From: Parasitella parasitica NRRL 2501
Lineage: Eukaryota; Fungi; Mucoromycota
Direction of reading: 5' to 3'
Length of the DNA: 64,000 bases
Assembly: GCA_025201805.1 (NCBI GenBank)
Contig: MU619239.1
Location: forward strand, 289,556-353,555
A program made the translations under genes and the position numbers. Shown in pieces: positions 23,120-36,113 of the stretch (within the stretch, counting starts at the first letter, position 1; every line of letters starts with the position of its first letter). The notes below the pieces were generated by a model, which was not told the origin of the DNA, made no database searches, and worked only from the letters and a program-made list of their open reading frames with translations.

Positions 23120-24487
23120 CTAGTTCCAGCGCGAAAAATGCAAATGCCCCAAACTGCTACACATTTAAAATAAACTTGTTAGATGCAATACACATGGTTA
23201 ATCACGAAGTAAAGAGCACATACGGAATCTTGTGTTCTTCGACCGCATAGTCATCATCATTATCGGATAACAGAGAGAATTGTCTAAAATTGCCATTAGT
23301 GTACTGTCAAGTGAATCGAAAATGCATATTTACCGTTTCAAAGTCTGACGATTAGCATTATGTCTATTGTAACTATTTTGATGGCTGCTGTTGCTACTAC
23401 TATTACTAGTAATACTACTACTAAAAGGAATGAACATTTTGATCAAGCTGCAATTGACATTTTGATTGATACCTTTCTTCTGCTATTAACACGGGGCTAT
23501 CTGAATCATCATCATCTAAAGTAATATTGTCTTCTTCTGAATTGTCTTCCTCTGAGTCATCCAAGATAATGATATTGCCAGTTCTTTTTGGTTTGGGTTG
23601 TGCAGATTGTCCTGTTTCTGCAGCCTGTAGCTGTTCTTTTAATCTTTCAATCTTCTTCTGGAGATGCAGATTATCTCTTTCAAGGGTCGAAGATTTTCTT
23701 ACAGCATCATCACGCTCCCTAAATAAAAAAAACAATAGCGAATTAGTGAATCAAAAAGCCGAGACATCACTATAAACAAATGTAATTGGTGGGGGGGGGG
23801 AGGGGGGAGTGGATTTGAGATTTACGTATGAGCTTTTTTTAATCTACTTTGCATAGCCCTATTCTGCACAAGCAAGTCATCTTTGGAGAATGACTCCAGA
23901 TTTTGAAAAAATGCTTTAGCAGTAGGGCTATTCATAAGATCATCCAACTCTGCTACTCTGATATACAACGGTCAAATATTAAATCACCAAGCAAGTTGTG
24001 TAGCAAGTTTACCTTCGAATTTGCTTCATGTGCCTTACTGCCTTTGTAGCGCCACGAAGATCATTAGCCATCACCTGGGATTTTTCTCTTTCATCTTGCA
24101 AGGCCTGCTTTGCTGTATTAAAATTCTGAGTTGCAGTCTCTTTCTCTCTTGTTAGGCTTATTACTCGCAGCTGTAAACTTTGTGTGTGTTCAGATGTCTC
24201 GGTGGTAATGAATCCGCTGTCGTGCTCGTCCTCACTAGACAGGTACAAAGGAGAAATGATTTGTCGGTGATTGCAGCTTTTTTTGCACAGAGGGCAATTG
24301 CGGTTTTCATTCACCCAAGGACGAAGACTGAAAGAGATATTGTTGAGTATTTAATGAGACTCCTTTTCTCTTGCTTCCTTCGTAATACCAACCAATTTTT
24401 ATGATAGACATGTCCGCAAGGAATGGTGGCAGCATGGTCACCGCTTGCTAGCAAGGGCTGTAAACAAATAATACATTGAAAAGGCAT
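23120..24487 (-). CDS. RING-H2 E3 ligase with coiled coil, TRAIP-like, ~7 exons (3' end uncertain)
   Basis: The spliced N-terminus MPFQCIICLQPL...TIPCGHVYHKNCLRPWVNENRNCPLCK...IISPLYL is followed by coiled-coil exons and an acidic tail. Confidence 0.8.
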
Positions 24488-24665
24488 GTCGCAGGGTAAA
24501 GAACAAAGAGTGTTTTGACAAAAATGAAAACACAGTTGTTGCGCATAGCTTTTTAAACATTGACCCATTGCCAGTCCATGTGTGACCTCCATGCTGTGTA
24601 GACATAAAATTTTATCATGGCCATATGAATTGGATACAGTCCTTCTCTTTGTCCCTCTTAGCATA

Positions 24666-26649
24666 ATGTCTAGCAAAAACCAACAAGCCGAGAAGATTGT
24701 CAAAGGTGGAAAGAACGATACAGTTGTCCAAAAAAATACGATTTCCAATCTGTTGAACCGATCCATCAAATTTAGAAAATCGAGATATGTGGACCAGAAA
24801 CTGGAGCTGTTCAAAAAGAAGTTTGCGCCAGTCAATGGTGTCTCGGGAGTCGTCCATGCTGCCTCTGCATACGACAACGTAAGTATGGGAGGAGACAACG
24901 TAGCAGCTAAGGTGGATTCGAATGGATTTTCCAGACCTTCCCAGGTTTTGTTTTCCAAAGACAAACTGAACTCAGGATGGGATGGCATTCATCCTGTTGG
25001 ATCAGGTCTCAAGGATCTCGGCCATTTGTCGTCGCTCAATGCTGTCTTGCAAGCACTGACATACACGCCCGCTCTAGCCAACTATATGATGAATAAGACG
25101 CACAGCGCTAATTGTAAGCCTTTTGTTTCGTTTGTGAATTGTGCCAGCTCATTCAATGTTTGGGCCAAAATAGGTACCATCCAGGATTACTGCTTTGTCT
25201 GCGCCGTCGAAGAGCATATTAGAACAGCACTCAAAGGATCAACCTATGCACTTCAGCCTCGGGTATTCGTGGGCAAATTAAAAAGTAAGCGGTACATTGA
25301 ATGAATCAGTGTAGAATTAACACGGTCTCGACTTAGAAATGCCACACGGGTCCTCCAACAAAGACGCTTTTGATGTTTGGAACTACTTTATAGAGCAAAT
25401 TCAGTCCTTCTTGTTGTCTGAAAAAAGATCCAAAGACAAGCTCGTCCAAGAAACCACAGCACTATACCAGATTTTTGGAGGATACATTCAAAGCAAGCTG
25501 GAGTGTCCTTTATGCAGCAAGGTTGAAAACACCTACAATTCTTTTTTGAATCTAAGCTTGGATTTAACACAGTGCAGCACTGTTGAGAGATGTTTAACCA
25601 AGCATTTCAAACAGCAAGCCTCAGCATTTAAAGAATGCTCAAGCTGTCAGCACGAAGGCAACCAAAGCGGAACTCAAAGTATATATAGATCGCCCATGGC
25701 ACTAGCTCTTCGACTTGAAAGATTCAGGTCCGATGCAGATAAAACAAAGATCAACAAACTTGTGAAATTCGAGGAATCGATGGATATCAAACGAGTCGTC
25801 ACAGAAAAGGAAACTGTCCTTACAAAATACAATCTATACGCTGTTATTGTACATACCGGACAAACGATCAACGATGGTCATTATGTGGCATATGTGAAAA
25901 GCTCGAATGGCATTTGGTACAGTATGGATAACGATAGTGTGCAGGTTGTGAGTGTGAAGAGGCTCTTGGAAACAACACCGTACATGCTATTTTACAGCAA
26001 CCCCCCTGTGGCTGTTGAACGACCAAAGAGACGTACTCTTACCGCAGCATTGGACAAGGAAAAGGAGGAAGCGGAAGAGGCGATGCAAGGCGAAATAATA
26101 CTGGATCATAAAGACACGGAGGAAAGCGACGGTGACATTGCAGTGCCTCAAATTGACAACCAAGAAGAAGAAGAAGAAAAAGAAGAAAAAGAAGAAAAAG
26201 AATCAGAGTTGTTGCGATTGAAGCAGGCAATGGAACAAGCATCTACAAAAGAAAAGGTGGAGAATGCAGCTGCTATTGTAATTGACCACAACGAGAGTAT
26301 GAAGTCGAAGCGAGAAAAGCTAGAGGCGCTCATCGAAAAAGAAAGCTCGCAGAGTAAAAGCGCAGAGGCAAAGGGGAAATTGCTGTCGAAAACACCCAAC
26401 GGCCAGTTTCAAGAGGATATTGGTACATGGGATGAAGACGGCGAGACAAATGCTGCTGCCAAGCGAGATCAAGTGCTTAGGCAAATTAAACCCAAGAGAA
26501 AGAGGGTCGACATGTACGACCTCGATTACGACCGTGGCAAGCTGAAAAAGGTCAAGAAAAGGCAAGAGGGAAAGTTCGATAAGCCGAATCTATTCCAAAT
26601 AACTGCTGACATGGAACGAAGCAAGAAGTCCAAGAAGCATAGCAAATAA
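24666..26649 (+). CDS. USP36/USP42-like ubiquitin-specific protease with degenerate Cys box, 3 exons
   Basis: LQALTYTPALANY, C..C..E.H, IFGG, YNLYAVIVH.G...GHYVAYVK and WY.MDND, plus a USP36-type tail DMYDLDYDRGKLKKVK. Two GT-AG introns at ~25114-25173 and ~25286-25336. Confidence 0.88.
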
Positions 26650-26797
26650 ACATACATGCCTCTTTTAAACATGTAGTCGTGACTGCAGTCATACAACTCG
26701 ACACCATTCTACGTTGGAAGATTTACTCTAAAAAAAGTTTTACAAGTGTTGATACATCTTTTCTCTCTCTTTAATTGTCAACCAAATATTGCTAACC

Positions 26798-29700
26798 ATG
26801 AGTGGAGAAGCAACATCTGACAGTGAGGACAAAGCTCTCTTCAGACAATGCATAACAGCGCTGGATAGTTTTTATTCGCAGCCTGATATTGAGCATCACA
26901 TCAAGGCGTTGGAGCAACTCGAAGCAAGGGTTTTTGTCAATCAAATAAAGGATTATGAATCTTTCAAGACGGAACTTTCAACTATCAAAGGCCTTTCTTT
27001 GAACGCGTTAGACACGAGGTAAAAAAAAAAACAACCGAAAAAACGTTTGAAAACCGAGATGTCAGTATGTGCCTACTGATGTTATCTTGTCTTCAACATG
27101 ATTTGACGTCTATAGCCACAACGACAATGCAGCAGATAAGATCATTGAAGAAAACTACAAGTTGCCCATCTTTTCCTCCATTACCTACAAACCCCAGAGG
27201 TACACCTCACCAAAATGGATAGTGCACCGCTTAGCTAATCCGTCTCATGTCCTTGCTTTTCATTTAGTATCATGTACTCGATCCATTACAAATCACCAAA
27301 CTTGTTGAGCAGTTGGCTTCCTGAGGTCTGGGATACCGCTGCTAAATACTACAAAGATGCACCACCACTCCACCGCCTGTTTGTCACTCAAAACGGAAAT
27401 CTATTGGTGAATGCTAGAGATAATAGTGATGCCATCTTGACCATATTCTTCAACACTATCGTCACTCCCTGTCAAGATAACACCAGCCTCGTCCAGGTGG
27501 AGTCGAATGCAATTGTCGCCCATCCTCTAGGTCCTTTCCACAAATCAAATGTCCTTGGCTTTGAAGGCTGGATGAAAGTTAGCATAATCAAGAAAGCCAA
27601 GGTGCGCCATGTCATTTCAGCGTCTTTGGCCAACACCCTCTTTCAAGAAAATGATGGCTGTGTGCATGAAATATCCTCCAAGGGTGCGTCTGATGTCGAA
27701 AGGACCCAAGATAACGAGTTTGCACACACGATCATTGCAAACGGTGCTAATATTGCGGATAATTTTTACCATGTCGAGCCCTATTTCGAAACAGTGTTGG
27801 TGGTGCAGGGAGAATCAGTGTTGGAAGAAAAGGTCTTGCAGGGAGGCGTTCCTATTCTTCACACTCATAGTCATGCCAAAGATTTCCAAGCGGACGAGCC
27901 AGCCAAAGAGTAAAAGCGAACAATACTGTTGATCTATACGAATGCTAAACATGTTTACACTTAGCGAGGAGCCTGAAGATGGAGACGGTTGCGATACACA
28001 GAGCGCCCTAATTAATCCGTCAAACATAGTTCAGTGAGTCGATCTGCTGCAACTGTTCTATGCCTCGCACTGATTTTTCTGTTGGATAGGCATTATTCTG
28101 ACGAAACTCACGATGTCACATTAGAAAACCACTGGAAATTGCTCGAAAAATGTAAAACTCTACCAAAAAGAGTCAGCATCCGTACACAATTTTTACTTAC
28201 GGCTTCGTTCTGTAGATGCCACCGAAAAAAGATGCGGTGTAGTCTACAAAGACGATTACGACGATGTCATTAGAAAGCCTATCGATGCAGTTGGACATTT
28301 CAAACAAGTCTATTTCACCGATAGAGACGTTATCCAAATCTTCCAGAAATCAACGGCTGCGCAACGAGTTACAGAAATCGCCTCTCTTTTAAAGCTTCGT
28401 AAAAAGCAACACATTGGCCACATCAAGCAGATTATCCGAGACGACAAGGGTGTCGAAATGATCGGCATCATTATGCCTAAATATGACATGACATTGCATG
28501 AATATCTAAAGCAGCATACGCATCCTCGGTTGAGCAGCCTTCAACGCATGGATATAATTATTCAGATGATCAAATCTATCAAGGCCATTCACGAGGAAGG
28601 CATTGCCCACCGTGATTTATCTCCTTTTAACTTTATGGTGAGCTCTTCAACTACCGATAAACTAGCTGATGGTTCTCCCAAAGTGCAACTTTATCTCATT
28701 GACTTTGGCAAAGCAGTTTTCTTCACCCCAGAGGATGCTAAAAAATGGTGGGTAAACAATACAAACGAGCAAGCTTTGGATCAAACTCAAGTGAATCCCA
28801 AAACACCGGATGAATTGACTGTTTGGTGTAGAAACTTGCCCTATGTGATGACCCGTCCTGACCACGGCTATCGTTTTTACAGATCAATCCAAACTCTACC
28901 CAAAACTAGAAAGGACCATGCTATTTTGCCATATCTCATCAACGCCCCTGCGGAGGATCTTTACTCGCTAGGTGTTTTGATTTGGAAGGTTTTCTCTGGT
29001 AAAGAACCGTGGCCAGGAGTATTTGATGTTGACCTCAAAAAGCTTCGTGAGACCGTCTGTAGTAGCTACCACATTGATCTGTTGATTGACCGAATCTTGC
29101 CTGGCCCACTCAGCACAAGATTGCTAAAGAAATTAGTGCGTTTTCATCCTGAAGAGCGTAAATCTGCTGCTGATATCTTGTCATGGATTGAAACCAGCAC
29201 CATTCACGATGGTTTGTTAGCCGAATGGAACTCTATTATAATCCGTACAGAAACAATAACTCCCCCTATTCACACTGAAATCAAGCAGGGCTCTAAGCGG
29301 GGTGCTGCCACTGAAGACGCCGTGCAATCTCCTCCTTCAAAGAGAGGTCGCCCAAGGAGAGCCACTCAATCCAAAACAAGCACCGAAGTTAAAAAGCCCA
29401 GAGCTTACAAAAAGAGAGCCGCCAAAGAAAAAACTGAAGCCGACCAAGATCATGCCATGGCAGATGCCTCTTTAGATGGCCAAGCTGCCCAGACGTCGCA
29501 TCCACCTGAACCCAAGAAACCAAAACAATACTATATCCCCACTGGACGGCCGGTTGGAAGACCACGAAAGAAGGCCAAATTTAAGCCTACCGGCAGGCCT
29601 AAGGGCAGTAAAAATAAGGTCTATTACTATGCTGATGAAGAGACTGAACAAGCCAAACAAGAGGCAGCTAATCTAGAATCACAATTAACTGCAGAGATAA

Positions 29701-29969
29701 GCACGAATATTACTGATGCAGCACTTAAAGTTGCTGATACCTCTATCGTCAATGTCGCTGATGCATCGACCAGCAATTTGACCGATGCCTCCACATTTCT
29801 TAATGCCATCACTACTGGCTCTACTACTCATACCACCGACGCCTCTACAATTGCAGAATTCAACGCTACTGCAGAAATGATCAGAGCGGTAACTAGCGAC
29901 ATCATTGTAGAAGACATCTCCAAGGAATCTACGAGTGCAACCATCAATGGTAATTTGCCATCTAAATAA
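26798..29969 (+). CDS. Atypical protein kinase with C-terminal AT-hooks, multi-exon
   Basis: Kinase core GIAHRDLSPFN, LIDFG and DLYSLGVLIW. The C-terminus carries KRGRPRR, GRPVGRPRKK and GRPKGSKNK. The upstream exons join through GT-AG introns. Confidence 0.82.
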
Positions 29970-30466
29970 AATATCTATGAATAAAATATGTATATAATTC
30001 CCTCCTAAAAATTTGCCCCGTTTTTCTTGCAAGATGTCTTGGAATACCTGAATTAAGATGTCAATATGTTGTAAAAAAAAACTGACGCTATATACTTCTG
30101 ACCTTTGTATTTGAGATTTAGAAAATCAATATAAAACAAGGCCTATTAAAAATAAGATGCAACGGCTGGAAACTGAAGCTTATAACGCTTGCATTGTTGG
30201 TTTGGTTGGGCTATTGGTGATGGGTGGCTACAGTGACTCTTTTCGACTCGATTCTGCTGCTATAAAGAGACCCCTCGCTACATTGCACTGGATCTCTTTT
30301 ACCAATCAAACATATCAAAGAAGATATCCCCCACTCGAGCCATATCTTCCCATTTGTATTTGTCTTCTTTATCCAGCAGACCACACCAAAGAAGAAAAGG
30401 AACCTTACTTGAAAATCGCATATCAGATACTCTACTTTTTGCCATCTCTTTTCTCCCCACTAGTTC

Positions 30467-33016
30467 ATGTCTTTTACTCAAAACCCTAATTCCATAACAG
30501 ATACAGATAACGAATATATAAACCAAAGCAGCAACAGAAAGAACTCACAAACTATCCAGCATGATTTGCCTCAATTCAGAAAAGGAAAGAAGAAGCAGTG
30601 TCTCCCAGAAGTCGACCCAAAGTATGTATTACATTTTACCATTTTGACTACGCATAAAAAAATTTTCAAGTCTTGCTCAACCTTCTTTGTATCTAGTCAA
30701 CCTTGCTTTGTGCACCAACTGTCGGTAGAGCTTATCACGCATATATTTTCAAGATTAGATCCTTCCAGCTTAGCTACCGTTGCCACGGTTTGCACCTACT
30801 GGAGGCACATTGTAATGGATGATAGCTGTTGTAAGTTTGGTGTATCCAGCAAAAGCACTCTTTCTATTTTTTTTTTNNNNNNNNNNNNNNNNNNNNNNNN
30901 NNNNNNNNNNNNNNNNNNNNNNNNNNACTTATAACGCACTCTAGGGAAAAGTGCATTTGTATCTTATTTTGGTGGCCTGCCGTTCAAAAGACTCTCTGTT
31001 GACAGCTGGAAGACTGAATACATTCTGCGCACTCATTTGCTAAGGCAGGCATAACAACATTACAGTGCACATCTGTTCAAAACTAATTTCGTTTTGATTA
31101 GAAAATGGACAAAAGGTCGAGGCAATGTCATGACATTCAACCCTAAAATCGGGTCATTGGAAGCATTGCAAGTCGAGTTTGACGGCTCAGCTATGCTGGT
31201 TGCTAGCACAGAACATGGAGTGGCCGCCAAATGTAACCCAATGACTGGAAAAGTCTCTCATCGACACTTGCTTTACAGCACAAACGAGAGCATTCGACTT
31301 CAACTCACTGCTGTAAAGACGGATAAAGACCGCATTTTATGGGGATTTGACCCAGGTTTTATTACGCTTTCAATACGCACAAAATCGACTAGTCGCCTTA
31401 AAGTGTTCTCTGATTTTCATCAGGGCCCCGTGCGGATACTATCTCTGCCGCAGCATGTACAAGATGTCGTTCTGAGTGGTGCACAGGATGGCACTGTCAA
31501 AGTTTGGGATGTAACTACAACGTCTTGTGCCTGGACTCTGTTACCTGCATCTTCATCTGCTAGAGTACCGACTTGTCTTGAAGCAACATCTGATCACCGT
31601 ATCATTATTGGGTATGACGATGGTTCAATCGTCGTGTGGCATGCAAATTTGCACCATATTGCACAGCTGAATCGAAATCATCACCAGGAAGACTTTGTCG
31701 AAAAAAGAGAGCTGCTGGAAAAGAAGATGCAAGAGGAAAAAATACTGCTGGATGTCCCTATCAGCGATACACGTATTGGAGTTCAACATGCTATTTATGA
31801 TGCTAGTTCAAATATGGTTATTGTAGCCTATCAAAACCATTCAGATGTTTTGAAATTTTGCACCAACACAGGCAATTGCGTTGGTGTCTTTAGGCACAGC
31901 CATGTTCCAGGCACATCTATTACATGCATGAAATGGGATACATCTCCAGTGGCAATGACCCTTTCGTTAGAAACCGCTTTGAAACCTCGTTCTGTGAATG
32001 CGAAACGACGAGGTGGTGGAATCTCTGATCTACTACTAGGATCATCGTCTTCCTCGCCTGCAAGTAGATCCGGACAAGGCACACCATCCTCTCACAAAAC
32101 AACGCGATTGCTAGTTACTGGTGACGATTTGGGAACTATATGCTTGTGGAATGGCGACAATGTGAATCAAGATGGTACTTTGATCAAGCCAATTCGCGTT
32201 TTGACTGAACATCAGGCTGGTATAAGCGCAATATACATTGACGCTTGCAAAATTGTCACTGGCAGCGACGATGGCTGGATCTACATGTGGGATCCTCTCA
32301 CAGGCGACAACATAAACACATTAGGCAACAAAATCCCCAAGAATGCGCCTGTCGATCGTACGGATACAAACGTGATGCGGGTCAAAAATCTGTGGTGCAA
32401 CGATTATCAAGGTGTAGCCACCATCGGTCATCAAGTCAAAGCTTGGGACTTCTCTCACGGCAAGCAGTTTTTGACTAGACGTGTCGTGAAGCAAAACGGA
32501 AAACCATGCAATAATGTAGTAAGAGACAAACTACGATATGAGATTGGCCGTGAGGTGAAAGAATCCATCAGTAAATTGGAATCAGAAAAATTAGAACGAG
32601 AGCTAGCAGAGAGAGAAATCAATAAGCTCTCGCTCGGTGGACTATCAGATGAAGAAATGCTGGCCTATGCAATGATGCTTTCAGAGCAAGAGAACAGTAG
32701 GGAAGCATTGCCATCGCCGCTAAACAATATTGATTTCGTGGATGAAAATGACGAAGAATTAATGAAGGCTGTTATTGCAAGTCTAGAAGAACCAATACTT
32801 GGACAAACAAGCCTTGATACGAGTGCCAATGGCAGCGTAAGCAATAGTATAGACACGAATACTTTATCTCAATGTTCCAATAATAATTCTGGTGATGTTC
32901 ATGGTTATTGTCACTGGCCCGCAGTGGATGATTCTGCTGCAATGTCACCAATACCTCAAGAGGAAGATGACAGAGAACTGCGTTATATCCTGGAATTGAG
33001 TAAAACAGATAAATAA
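30467..33016 (+). CDS. F-box/WD40 protein with C-terminal UIM motifs (Pof10-like), 4 exons
   Basis: F-box LSVELITHIFSRLD...VCTYWRHI. WD repeats SGAQDGTVKVWD and TGSDDGWIYMWD. UIMs DEEMLAYAMMLS, DEELMKAVIASL and DRELRYILELS. Intron 3 (31045-31101) is GC-AG. Confidence 0.88.
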
Positions 33017-33479
33017 GTTGAAATATAAGAAATGGATATATCAAATAAAACACTACATCAAATCTGATATCATAGAAATATACAGCGTCATGTCGAAAGT
33101 CGAGCGAAACAGCCTAGATCTCTTCCTTAAAAGGGTTAAATAATTAATACAATACGATATAAGACATAAAAGATGATGCAACTAGCAATTTTCATTATGC
33201 AGCACAAGCATGCCAAAGAGTATAAAGTCGTTTTGGCAGTACGATCCTCTGAGGGTGAGATAATTCCTTAAAATCTAGGAGCCATGAGTGTCTTGCCCTT
33301 TATGATGGGTTGGGGATTGGGATATTTGAAATTGACAACGAAACAAATAAAATACTGCCTATTTGATTCGCATTTGTTAGCATAATATCGAAGCGATAAT
33401 GTCATTCACATTGCTTACGATTAATCCGACAAGCAATAAACAACCTAAAGTCATGGTTATCTACTCGTTTCTTCCCCAA

Positions 33480-33800
33480 AATAGCTAATCGGAATCAGGT
33501 CGATGTTCAAAGCATATGCTTCGATAATCAAACATACTGATGCGTACCACCTGAAGAAAAAAAAGGCTGATTGAAGCCAAAAATTTCGGCTATGTTTCTA
33601 AAGGCTTTTCAAGAAAACTTCGTTCCTCGGTTCGTCTACATGACTCTTTCCTTGGAAGAGACTATAAAATATTGATGCAGTAATCGCTAATTTTGTGATC
33701 TCGACTTTTGTTGTCAAAAAAAAAATTGTAGAATGCATCCTTTGAGAGACGCAGCTGTTGCTTTTTTCAAAAGATTGATCGCTTGGCAGGTGGAATGCTC
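33480..33800 (+). mobile_element. Possible DNA-transposon coding remnant
   Basis: A short broken frame reads SKGFSRKLRSSVRLHDSFLGRDYKILMQ*. From memory this resembles a motif in fungal transposase-like repeat families; not verified. Confidence 0.35.
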
Positions 33801-34116
33801 AAGTACAACACTTATGCTAGGGATGATGGCGGAAACTTGGTTGTAACAAGACTATCAACAACTTGTAGCATAAAATGAGGATGGAGACCAGTTCGTTGAG
33901 ATGCTTGAATTATCAAAGAAGTATGGCGACCAACACAAGTCAACTAGCACGTACAAGTATGGCACCTTCTGGTGGATCTTGTCCCATAATACTCACAACA
34001 TAGATTACTGTAAATAAATACGCTGAATGCTATTTGTCATGAATTGCGAAAGTTGAAAAGTGAAAAGTTTTGAAATTCAGGTGTAGACTTCTTCTTTTAG
34101 TTTCCCACAGTTCGAC

Positions 34117-35215
<1,099 letters not shown>

Positions 35216-35217
35216 AC

Positions 35218-35885
35218 TCATGTTTGTTGTGATACAGTTTTTGGTCCAAAACCAAACATTTTGCCAAATGATGAACGGAGAGAATACTGACCATGGGGAG
35301 GCTTCCTTTTGTACCCGTCCAGGAATGTTATCTGAGGTTTATTGAATGATCCTCTTCGTTTTTCTCGAATAAATTGAACAGCATCTAATGGCGCCATACC
35401 CAATTCAATCAGTGCGATTGCGACAAGAACGGGTGCTCTGCCTAATCCAGCTACACAGTGTACAGCGATGGTCGTATTTGAGGCATTTTGTAGAATGTGA
35501 AGCCAATCATGAATGACATTTTCGGGCGGCTGTACATTTTGGTCATAAGCATACTATGAAACAAAGAAAACTTTTAATGACAACTTACTATACCACCATC
35601 TTTGAACGGTAAATCAATAACAGATATGCCTCTGGATTCCAATTGCTGTGAATTATACGTTGGCTGGCAGCACCGAACTACAGTAGAGACATTGTAATTG
35701 ATAAATTCATCCAGATAAAATCCTAGTGTAGATTCTGTCGGGCAATCTAATATCAGAAATCGAACATTTGATGCTCCTGGTGTTTCAATCAATGATAGCA
35801 TATGCCCCAAGGGTGTATTGACATGCTTTGGAGGGTGGTGATAGTAATGGTGCTGTTGCTTTTTGTTCGTAGTGTCTATAGCCAT
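35218..35885 (-). CDS. PRL/PTP4A-type protein tyrosine phosphatase, 2 exons
   Basis: RFLILDCPT, VVRCCQPTY, PFKDG..PP, the PRL signature AVHCVAGLGRAPVL, and IREKRRGSFN. Confidence 0.92.
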
Positions 35886-36113
35886 TTATAAAGGATAATG
35901 CCATACCAATGAATGTTCATAAATTTATATATTGTATAACAAAAAGGAGCAAAAAAAGGATTATTATTTAATGGTTTTGAGCCATCTTTAAATAGACACA
36001 ATGGATGACTTTTTTTTTTTTATTCAAAAAATGAAAATGGCTCTTTTTGAAGTAAACACGGAAAATAAGATGATGAGGGGATTAGGAGGGAGATTGGATG
36101 TAGATCAACTAGA

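Noticed and set aside
24311-24988. 225-aa minus-strand ORF overlapping the USP gene
   Set aside because: Only its last part (from ATG 24487) is the RING gene's exon 1. The rest is antisense shadow.
30157-30489. 110-aa ORF overlapping the F-box gene start
   Set aside because: It spans the TATA-like and CT-rich leader of the F-box gene and has no domain features.
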